Shown in pieces: positions 54,580 to 64,000 of a DNA stretch of 64,000 nt. The notes beneath the pieces are model-generated. The model was given only the letters and a program-made list of their open reading frames with translations, ran no database searches and had not been told where the DNA came from. Positions within the stretch are counted from its first letter, which is position 1; each line of letters opens with the position of its first letter. The position numbers and the translations under genes were made by a program. The DNA is from the human T2T-CHM13v2.0 reference genome, Homo sapiens, in the NCBI RefSeq assembly GCF_009914755.1, contig NC_060929.1. The stretch is one strand, 5' to 3'.

Positions 54580-54902
54580 AGCCTGCTTCGGAGAGTGAGT
54601 GTGGAGCCCACCCTCAGGCAGGGAGCACCCTGTAGCCTGCTTCGGAGAGTGAGTGTGGAGCCCACCCTCAGGCAGGGAGCACCCTGTAGCCTGCTTCAGA
54701 GAGTGAGTGTGGAGCCCACCCTCAGGCAGGGAGCACCCTGTAGCCTGCTTCGGAGAGTGAGTGTGGAGCCCACCCTCAGGCAGGGAGCACCCTGTAGCCT
54801 GCTTCGGAGAGTGAGTGTGGAGCCCACCCTCAGGCAGGGAGCACCCTGTAGCCTGCTTCGAAGAGTGAGTGTGGAGCCCACCCTCAGGCAGGGAGCACCC
54901 TG
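54580..54902 (+). repeat. Minisatellite, 54-bp unit AGCCTGCTTCGGAGAGTGAGTGTGGAGCCCACCCTCAGGCAGGGAGCACCCTGT, about 6 copies, in PRR7 intron 1
   Basis: Units start at 54580, 54634, 54688, 54742, 54796 and 54850. Only two substitutions (copies 3 and 6). Confidence 0.97.
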
Positions 54903-57001
54903 GGGACACACACATGTCTGCATCCTCAGCTCAGAAACCACCATCATCAGAGCTAATGTCTGTTGGTACCTCCACACCCTTTGCATGGATTAGCTTCATC
55001 TTCACCGATGAGGAAACAGAGGCAACTTGGAGGTTAAGAAACTCACCAAGGGTCTCGCTTTCATCCCCCTGCCGTGCTCCCAGTGAGTGTGTGGCCCGAG
55101 AAAACATGCAGAGCGATATGGTTCAAAAGCACTACAGATAAATCAAGATGCAACCCTAAAACATGTTCAAATAACCTTCAAGAAAGTAAGAAAAGAGAAA
55201 CAGGAAACAGAACGTGAGTAATCAAATGGCAGACTTCGGTCCATCTGCAGGGCATCGCTCCGAGCACCTGAATGTGTTGGGTAGGTAGGAGGAGGCACGT
55301 ATTGGCTACTACCAGTCTGGAGCAGTGTGGGCAGTGGAGGGAGTGGCTGGGAGCAGCAGGCTGCAGGCAGGCTCTGAGTCTGAAAGGCTCCCAGACAAGG
55401 GCAAGAGCTCACATAGTAAAGGAGCAGTAAGGGGGCATGGTTTTTTCGGGAGGCTTTGCCAAGTCTGGCCTGGTCAGGTAGAGCATTTTGAAAGGTCTGA
55501 ATGAACCTCTGATGTTTATGTATTGAGCACCTATGGTCGGTTAGATGAGAGTCTACTGAGCACCTGGGAGGGAGGCTTCAGACAGGATTCCAGTCCCGTG
55601 GGCCTGCTGTGGCACTGCCGAGAAGACAGCGTTCAGTGTCAAATCCCTACCCACTCCACCTGGGGGTGGAGCCAGGTTGGGGCCAGGGGGCTAGTTATGT
55701 GACCTTAAGCAAGAGTCTTCCTCTCTTTGGCCCAAAGTTGCCTAGTTTATAAAATGCAGCTATGACGGCACCCAGCAGGTCCTGGGCGTGGCCTGCCCTG
55801 TATGGCCTAATGCCCCACCTGCTGAGCTGGGCGCCCTCAGGGCACAGAGGGCCCTCTCTTTTGTCTCTTGCTAACCTGGCGCTGCCATTACATCTCCCCT
55901 TCATCCTGTAGCTCTTTCTCACACTGCTATTCCACAGCAGAGTCGGGCTGGTGATCAGGCATGCCAGGGCCCTGGTGGGAAGGGATGGGAATGCATTTTG
56001 GCTGCTAGCTGGCTTGTCTGCCCAGTGCCCCCATGGCTGCCACTTACATCTGGCACAGAGTTTGGATTCAGACTCAGGCTAAATCCTAGCTCCTCCCCTT
56101 CTGAGCTGTGTGACCTGGGGCAAGTCATTTCCCTCTCTGAGCCTATCTCCCTGTCTATCAAATGGGCACAACCACCACAGACAAGGTGGTGTTGAAGAGA
56201 GGATTCTGCGTGGTCCTTGAAAGATATTTCTAATTCAGCTAAACCCCATCACCTCCAGCCCCAGAGTTACCTTTTCTGACCCAGAGCTGTTCCTGCCTGG
56301 CAGACCGGGGGACCTCTAGTTAGTGCCAGTTTCCTCAGAGCATTCCTGATGGCTCAGGAAAAGAATAACAGATGTAATTAACTCCCAGTGACTGGCAGCA
56401 TCGTGTTTTTATCTGGGCTGCGTCACCATGGCAGCCTCATGGCAGGGTTGTCGAGGGGGCGGGCAGAGCTATGGTTCCTGCCATTGTCTGTTCTGGAACG
56501 CAGGCCCAGGAGAAGGGGACTGGCAAGGGCACCAAGTGGCACGTGGCTGAAGGCAGCCATGGAGTCAGACAGGAGCCATCTGGGGAGAAGTGTGGGGTGG
56601 CCATGGCCTGGCTTCCCCCCAGCCTGGGGCTCAGGCTCCCTGTGGCTCTCGAAGCAGTGTGTGTGTGCCTCGGGCACGCGGAGGGTAGGGTCCGTGGGGC
56701 TCCTGGAAGAGGCCCACAAAGTAGCCCAGGCAGCGCTACCCCCCACCCCACTCAGGCTAGAGTTTTGTGGCCAGGCCTGGGTTCAAATTATGGTGCTACC
56801 ACCTGCCATCTACACAGCCAGTTGTTCCCCCAACTCCTCGTCTGTAAAATAGGAATCATTCCAGTTACCCCAAAGGCTTTCGTTCAAACCTGTGTGTATA
56901 AGGCATTCAGGAAAGGCTCAGTTCTGTTCTGTGGGGGCGGTGAGCAGTCACCTGCCACCCTTCACTCTCAGAGTCAGGGCTCCCTCCTACCTCCCTCTTA
57001 G

Positions 57002-57086
57002 GGTGCAAGGTTCCCCCTCTCACCCGCAGCTGTGGAGAGGAGGAAGCGGAACTAGAGATGCCCATCTGGAGTGAGTGCAGGACCAG
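57002..57086 (+). other. PRR7: PRR7 5'UTR internal exon (85 nt)
   Basis: Pyrimidine tract CTCCCTCCTACCTCCCTCTTAG| acceptor and CAG|GTGGGT donor. The next acceptor is CCCTACAG| at 57875. Confidence 0.7.
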
Positions 57087-57688
57087 GTGGGTACGAAAGA
57101 CTAGCTTCCAACCCTCATCTAGTTTTCCTCCCCTCCGCGAGAGGGAAAGGGAGACGGCGGCCTGAAGACAGAGGCAGAGCCAAGTGGGGCTGTGCAAGGG
57201 CAGGAGGCGGGGAAGCGGAGTTGGAGCAGGCAGGGCGCCTGGAGGAAAGGAAGAGAGTGTGGCCCACGCCCGGCGCGGCGCGCTAGGCTCAGACAAAGGC
57301 AGGGCCGGTGGCACGCATTACCAGTCGGAGCCACCCGCCTGAGCCCCCCTACGGGAGCGGCGGGAGACCCGGAGGGCGCGGTGCGGAGCCAGTTGTTCCG
57401 GGCTTTGGGCAGCCAGGGGCTGCCAGGCGTCTGTACAGGGCGTCGGGTGGCTGTCTGTGGGGCTCTAGGAGATGTACCACCCTTTCCCCGCCGCACAGCA
57501 ACGGCGCCGAGACGCCTCTTCAGGGACCTGGTGCGCACAGGCTCCTGAAACCCTTTGGCCCCGGGACTGCGGATGGCGAATCTCTCGTTCGGACTCAGAG
57601 CTGGAGTCCGTCCTTCGCGCGCCCCCTGCTGGCCCGCCTCGGCTCCCCTCGGCGCCCGGGCTCCGCGGCGGCGGCCGGGGCTCAGATC

Positions 57689-57748
57689 GGGGAAACCCTA
57701 CCGGGGAAACCTCGAGGCGTGACGTCACCCTCCTCGGTGACGTCACCG
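57689..57748. promoter_or_regulatory. PRR7: Tandem kappaB-like sites followed by tandem perfect CREs
   Basis: GGGGAAACCC 57689-57698, GGGGAAACCT 57703-57712, TGACGTCA 57720-57727 and 57738-57745, inside a CpG island of about 57250-59250. Confidence 0.75.
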
Positions 57749-58113
57749 GGCCCCCGGGGAGCGCGAGGTTCCCACGGAGGAGGCTTTCCCCGGACTGCGC
57801 AGGGCGCGGGCGGGGGCCGGGAAGTCGTTGGGGGCCGCGGCGCGCCTTCACTGCGCCCCGTGTCTGCCCTACAGGTCCCGCGCGGCCCCGGGTGAGGCAC
57901 GCCCGCGCGCCCGCCGGCGCCATGGGAAGGAGCGGGCGCCGCTGCTGTCCCCCGCCGGCGCGCGCACGACTTGAGACCTGCCACGGGCAGCCCCCGGCCG
58001 CGGGTCCCCGAGTGACGCTGGCGGCACCTGAGAGTGTGGCGCGGGCCCGGGGCCACGCAGCGGAGCCCAGTGTCCAGTGAAGCGTCTGAGGACCCGCCGC
58101 CCGTGCCGCCGCC

Positions 58114-59167
58114 ATGGTGATGTCCCAGGGCACCTACACGTTCCTCACGTGCTTCGCCGGCTTCTGGCTCATCTGGGGTCTCATCGTCCTGCTCTGCTGC
58201 TTCTGCAGCTTCCTGCGCCGCCGCCTCAAACGGCGCCAGGAGGAGCGACTGCGCGAGCAGAACCTGCGCGCCCTAGAGCTGGAGCCCCTCGAACTCGAGG
58301 GCAGTCTGGCCGGGAGCCCCCCGGGCCTGGCGCCGCCGCAGCCACCACCACACCGTAGCCGCCTGGAGGCGCCGGCTCACGCGCACTCGCATCCGCACGT
58401 GCACGTGCACCCGCTGCTGCACCACGGGCCCGCGCAGCCGCACGCGCACGCGCACCCACACCCGCACCACCACGCGCTCCCGCACCCGCCGCCTACGCAC
58501 CTGTCGGTGCCGCCACGGCCCTGGAGCTACCCGCGCCAAGGTGAGTACCGACCTCCGCCAGGGGGCGATCCGGGCCGCCGGAAGTGGGCGGGCGTTGGAG
58601 GGCTCGCTGCTTACCCTCAGGGCTTCCATCCGCAGCCTCCGGGAGAACACGGGCGGCGGCGGGCTCGGGTTCGGGCTAGGGCTGGGGCGCGGGCGGCCCC
58701 TGGCCGGGGCCTCTGCGAGAGGCTGGGAACCGGCGGCCTCACCTCCTCCGACCGCCTCCCACTCCGCAGCGGAATCGGACATGTCCAAACCACCGTGTTA
58801 CGAAGAGGCGGTGCTGATGGCAGAGCCGCCGCCGCCCTATAGCGAGGTGCTCACGGACACGCGCGGCCTCTACCGCAAGATCGTCACGCCCTTCCTGAGT
58901 CGCCGCGACAGCGCGGAGAAGCAGGAGCAGCCGCCTCCCAGCTACAAGCCGCTCTTCCTGGACCGGGGCTACACCTCGGCGCTGCACCTGCCCAGCGCCC
59001 CTCGGCCCGCGCCGCCCTGCCCAGCCCTCTGCCTGCAGGCCGACCGTGGCCGCCGGGTCTTCCCCAGCTGGACCGACTCAGAGCTCAGCAGCCGCGAGCC
59101 CCTGGAGCACGGAGCTTGGCGTCTGCCGGTCTCCATCCCCTTGTTCGGGAGGACTACAGCCGTATAG
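58114..59167 (+). CDS. PRR7: Proline-rich protein 7 (synaptic transmembrane adaptor), 274 aa
   Basis: Exons 58114-58540 and 58770-59167 (825 nt). Perfect Kozak GCCGCCGCCATGG. N-terminal TM helix with juxtamembrane CCFC, His/Pro-rich tract, PPxY motifs (PPCY, PPPY, PPSY) and C-terminal PDZ ligand TTAV. Confidence 0.96.
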
Positions 59168-59302
59168 AGGGGCGCCCGGCGCCCCGGGCCCCACCGGCGG
59201 ACTCCTGGCCTGACTGCGGGGCTTTTTAAATGCTTCCCTGGACTGCGGGGAGGGGCGGGGGGAGGGAGGGATTTCTTATCCCGTTTGTTACATTTTGAGG
59301 AT

Positions 59303-59308
59303 AATAAA
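59303..59308 (+). terminator. PRR7: PRR7 polyadenylation signal AATAAA
   Basis: Canonical hexamer 135 nt after the stop, followed by GT-rich sequence. Confidence 0.85.
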
Positions 59309-59671
59309 GGTGTGTGATCTGGTTTGGTACAAGCGGAGGGTGCACCGGCTGCTTTCGCCCAGGGTTCTGTGTGACCAGACAAGCCGGGGCCTTGGCGGGA
59401 AGGACCCTCAACGTGCGTTTCCGCCACAACAGAACCTAAGGGTACAGCACTAAGTCTAAGACCAACCCTTCTCCGGTGGTTGTAGGTGCCAAGCGGCTTC
59501 CCCTGGGAGCCTTAGCCCCTAGCACCGCCCCCCCACCCCGCCCCCGCCTGGCGGGCCTTGGAATTAGGGTGAGGACGCCCCCTGGTGGCAAGGAGGTGCT
59601 GCGGCCTCGGAGGTGGGAGGAGTTGGGAACCTGGGTCAGGGCAGGCGGCAGCCCGAAGGGATCTGGATTTC

Positions 59672-59677
59672 TTTATT
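59672..59677 (-). terminator. DBN1: DBN1 distal polyadenylation signal AATAAA
   Basis: TTTATT on +. A second, proximal AATAAA lies at 59993-59998. Confidence 0.7.
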
Positions 59678-60473
59678 AACAGACATGAGCACGACCCGTT
59701 ACAGAAGTTTGTGCTTTCCAAAAAAAAAAAAAAAAAAAAAAACAGTTACTAAACGTGAAAAAGGAACCCAAGCAAAGAGGAAGGAGTTGGGGAGGGGCCA
59801 CCAAAGCCCCTGGGCCCCATCCATAGCCCTGACCTGAACCGCGCCTAGGGCCTCCAACCTGGGACCTGCCCGGCAGGAGACGGGGGGTAGCCGAGGGGCC
59901 CCAGCTGGGCCTGCTACTTCCTTTGGGCCAGACAGGAAGGGGTCAAAAGAAGGGCGGGGAGGGGGTCCCAGGGAGCCAGAGCCCACGAGCCATTTATTGC
60001 CATGTTTTAAAATTCGTGCAAAATATCTGAAGCCCTGGACAGAGAATACAAAGTGATATTTTCCCAAGAAACATAAAACTAGGAAAAGAGGTGGGGGACA
60101 TTTTCCCACCAGAGCTCCCCCCACGCCAGGCCCCAAGCAGGGTGAGGCCTCCAACCCGGCCAGCTGAGCAGGGAGGACTAAGAGCTACAATCTGGACCAG
60201 GGAAGGAGGGGTGGAATTTGCAACAGCGTCTCAACTACCAACGAGAGGAAAGCCAGTCAACTGTACAAGTCTCCTATCAACTTTTTAAAAAAAGAGAAAA
60301 GCTGTAAAAGTCAGGCCCTGTGGGTAGGGAAGCGGCCAAGTCCCCAGCCAGGGCCGGAATCCGGAGTGGGTGCCAGGCGGAGCTGCTGCGAATGCAGGCA
60401 CGGCGGGCCGTCTGGCCAGAGGCTGATGCAGGTGGGCGGCCTTGGCAAGGGTAGCCTAGGGCTGGCGCCACCG

Positions 60474-63400
60474 CTAATCACCACCCTCGAAGCCCTCCTC
60501 CTCTTCTGGAACTGGGTCTGCATCCCAGCATGTGATGTCGATCTCTGTGGCGTTAGAAAGGGAGAGGAGTTAGGGACCTAGCAGACCGCTTGTGTCCCCA
60601 GCCTCTGTGAGCGGTGGGTAGTGGTGGGGTGGCTACCCACACTCAAATCCAGCCCCCGCACCCAAATTCCTCCCCATCATCCAGCCCAGTACTACCTGGA
60701 GGCTTGTTGTAGAACACAGGAGGCGGAGCCTTGGCACAGAGCTCTTCCGATTGGGCAAACTCCTCCTCCTGTGATTGACTGAAGTACCCCTCACTGGCCT
60801 GCAGGGGAAAGCATCAGGTCACTTGGCCCCACCCAGCAGGACTGGGGCTGACCTATCAGGCCTGAGCCCGTTTCCCCAGCAACCAATGATTCCATCAGTG
60901 GTTGCCAGGGAAACAAGGATGCCTGCCTTGGGAACAAAAGCAGAGCCGGCCCAGGGAGGGAGGGTGGGATGGACTTCCCCTCAAATAATGTGGGTCACAG
61001 AGAAGGGGGTACTGGTGCAAGCATGAGGAATGCAGGGCCAGCACCCTGCTCAGCCCCCACTCCCTCCCATCCCTCCCACCAGGCAGTCCCTGCCGCACCT
61101 GGGTCCCCTCCTTCTGGGTGGTCTCGCCATTGGTTAGCAGGTGGGGCTCCGGCTCCTGCTCTTGCTCCAGCTCCTCAAGGGCTGAGGGCAGAGTTGGGGT
61201 CTGGGGGGCAGCCAGGGGCTCCCCTTCCACTTCCTCTGGGTCACAGAAGGTGGCTGGCGGCTCAGGCAGCTCATCAAAGTTGAGAAGGGTGGCACAGCCT
61301 TCGCCTGCTGGCAGCAGTGGCTCCGGAGCCACCTCATCCAGCAGGGGCACCTCTGCCAGGGTGACCTCAGTACCCGAGGGTGGCGTGGGGGCCCTGGGCT
61401 CACCCTGGAGTGTGGAGGCCCCTTCCCCGTTGCCAGGCCATAGGTCAATGAGGCTGGTGGCGGCGGGGGGTACGTTGTTGGCAACAGTGGTGTCAGCAGT
61501 GGCAGTGTCAGTTTCAATGGTGTCAGCTGCATCGTGGACCTCCGTGGCGTCAGCTGTGGCAGGCTCCACGGGAGCAGCCAGGACAGCCTGCTCTGCAGAC
61601 TCCATGAACATCAAGTCCTCTGCAGGGCTGCCTGGCCCCCGGGGAGGCGCCTGTGCCTGAGGGGGCTCCTCCATGGGGCCGGCCCAGGCCTGAGGGGCTG
61701 CTGCTCTGGTCTCCTCACTGTCTAGGATGGGGCTGGGCTCCTGGGTCTCTGTCACAGCACAGGCAGAGGAGATATGTAACCGGCTCCCCTCGGGGAGGAT
61801 GGAGACCCTGCCCACCCACTAAGGAGTGAGGGAGCCAGGGACTTCCATGCAGGTGTCCCACTGCCCCCTTACCCAGTGACCCCAGTGACTTTAAGCCCCT
61901 TGGCAGCTCCGGGAGGAAGGCCAAGGCCCGATTCCCACTTGAGAGGGCGGGTGCTAAGCTTTAGAGAGGGCAGGTCTGACTGTACACCAGGGCTCCTCCC
62001 CACACAGCCGCCTCCAGGGCAGTGCAGTCTTGGTGATGGGTGGCCCAGATCCCTGGAGAACGGTTACCATGGCAACCTGGGGCTCCCAGCCAGGGACTGA
62101 TGATGGGAGGCCTGGTGCAGGTAGCATCCCTCTCTCACCTTGGGCTGGTGGGGGTGGCGGTGGCAGTGGTGGAGGCTGCGAGGAGGTGACCTCATCCAGG
62201 GCCCGCTCTATCTGCTCAGCGACAGGGGTGGAGGCGGTGCTGGAGTCAGACGGGCTCCGCGTGGGGATGGGAGTGGGCGCCATCCTCCGGTGGCTGTCCA
62301 GGTGGCTGCCTGTGGAACAAACCCCAGGTGGGTCAGTGAGGGCGGGGGAGCCGGGTGAGACAGGATTGTCCACCTTGGGGCCTGGCCAGCACCTCCTCTC
62401 TGGAATCTGGGTGGGGGCTGGGAGCTCTCCAGCCCCACCAGGGGCCAGACTACAGCTCCAGACCCTGTAAGCTAGGCCCCTGGAGGCCAGTGCCCCATAA
62501 GGCCAGGGGCAAGAGGCAGGCAGTGCCTGCCCTGGGGGCAAACACCAGAGATCAGCGGTCAGACTGGGGGAGTGAGGGTGGGGGGCTGCTGGGAAGCGGG
62601 GCCCTCCTTACCACCCCCGCCGAGGCCTGGGGCTGCTACCTACATGGGAGGGAGGAAGAGAGGTTTGGGGTGCGGTGGCAGGTGATATAGGGAAAGGGAG
62701 TCCGTGGAGGGGAGGAGGAGGAAGAGGAGGAGGAGGAAGGCCCACTGTCCGATGCCTTTATGAAAGGGCAGTACGGACGACCTGCCGAGAGAGACAGACA
62801 GAGAAAGAGACAGAGGACAAGAGAGGGTCAGTCTCCCCCACCCCTGCCCGAGGCCTCTCCCGCCCCCAGGGCCTGGCCCTGGATGTCCAAGCTGCCTTCA
62901 GCCAGGGGCACAATCAGCCAAGCCAGCCGCAGCCTCACACCAGCCCCAGACACACAGCCAGCCTGGGAGCAGTACAGCAGGGACGGCCTGTGGCGGGACC
63001 CCAGCATGGGGCAAGCACACTCAGACCAGCAGACAGGGCAGGGAAGAGCTTCAGGAGAGGCGGAAGCAGCACACTGAGAAGCGGAACGGGGACACCTGGG
63101 TGCAAGCTCCGGGAGGCTCCCTCAGGCCCGGGGCAAGAGCCCAGCCCGCATGCATTCCGGCCTTCCAGGCCAGACCTAATTCACCCCAGCCGAGCTGCTC
63201 CCCGTGGCCAGCGCTGTGCCTCAGCCCATGCCAGAGCTGCCCCACAGGCCCTAGCACTCCCCACTGTTCAGCCACAAGCGACTTCACCACCATCCCTGGC
63301 CCTTCTTGGGGTCCTGCCACCTGGGAAGTGGTGGGCGGATGCACGCTGGATGAAGGGTCTCGCCTTCTCCAAGGGTTGCTTGGGCAAGGCCTCCCTTCTG

Positions 63401-63744
63401 AGAGAGTCCCAGAGAGGCTCAGGGCCGCAACCTGAGGAGTGGGGCCGGACGGGGGGTGGGGCCTAGGACTACCTGGTCGATGGTTGAAGGGCGAGGGTAC
63501 ATCACAGCTGCCCGCAGAGGCCGATGCGACTCTTTCCTGCTGCTTGAAGAACTCCCTTGGGTTGTCAGGCCGCTGGGCAATAATAGCTGCTGCCTCCTGA
63601 GGGCACGAGGAAAAGGTTGGGGCTGGGCCAGGCAAGCTGAGATAGCCCTGTCTGCCTCACCTGGCTGGTGCCCCCAGCTCTCACCTCCACCTCCGACTCT
63701 GACTTCTTCATGTGGGTCTCTTCCTCCTCATCCCGATGGTCACC
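60474..63744 (-). CDS. DBN1: Drebrin, 3' coding exons (5'-partial)
   Basis: Exons 63685-63744 ([20 protein letters not shown]), 63473-63596 ([22 protein letters not shown]...), alternative 62644-62781, 62139-62309, 61099-61748, 60696-60798 and 60474-60544 (...[22 protein letters not shown]). Poly-Pro tract and Homer-type PPxxF motifs (PPATF, PPPVF). Confidence 0.97.
62644..62781 (-). CDS. DBN1: Drebrin A (neuron-specific ins2) cassette exon, 138 nt
   Basis: CAG|GTCGTCCGTACTGC...CTCCCAT|GTAG, frame-preserving. Encodes [46 protein letters not shown]. Confidence 0.9.
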
Positions 63745-63748
63745 CTAG

Positions 63749-64000
<252 letters not shown>

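Noticed and set aside
54184-54993. Repeat-containing ORFs (243 aa minus, 132 aa plus) with an 18-aa period
   Set aside because: By-product of the 54-bp minisatellite, with no ATG in good context and no exon structure.
57308-58133. Long GC-rich ORFs 57308-57895 (+), 57465-58133 (-) and the 5' part of 57472-58080 (+)
   Set aside because: They lie largely in intronic CpG-island sequence. Only the exonic ATG at 57922 is retained, as a uORF candidate.
62675-63466. 263-aa ORF antisense to DBN1
   Set aside because: GTG start, low complexity, antisense to a GC-rich intron and no recognisable homology.

Overview
Human genomic DNA from chromosome 5q35.3, recognised from the translated exons. In order it contains the last three coding exons of SLC34A1 (NaPi-IIa, +), intronless PFN3 (-), the complete 14-exon F12 (coagulation factor XII, -), an Alu/MaLR-dense 17 kb intergenic block, the complete GRK6 (+, with a 2-nt micro-exon that switches C-terminal isoforms), PRR7 (+) and the 3' part of DBN1 (drebrin, -, including the neuron-specific drebrin A exon). 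All exon boundaries were read from the sequence, and the summed CDS lengths give the expected proteins (PFN3 137 aa, F12 615 aa, GRK6A 576 aa, PRR7 274 aa). There are no rRNA, tRNA or CRISPR features, and I see no wholly new gene system. The most noteworthy signals are: a stack of three uORFs in the PRR7 leader, one a 52-codon ORF with a strong Kozak context and an MG...CC start; a twin-CRE/twin-kappaB-like cassette in PRR7; a locally templated composite insertion in GRK6 intron 13; two near-perfect minisatellites that multimerise transcription-factor motifs; a GC-AG intron and the uATG-creating c.-4T allele in F12; and recursive-splice-like AG|GT junctions in GRK6.
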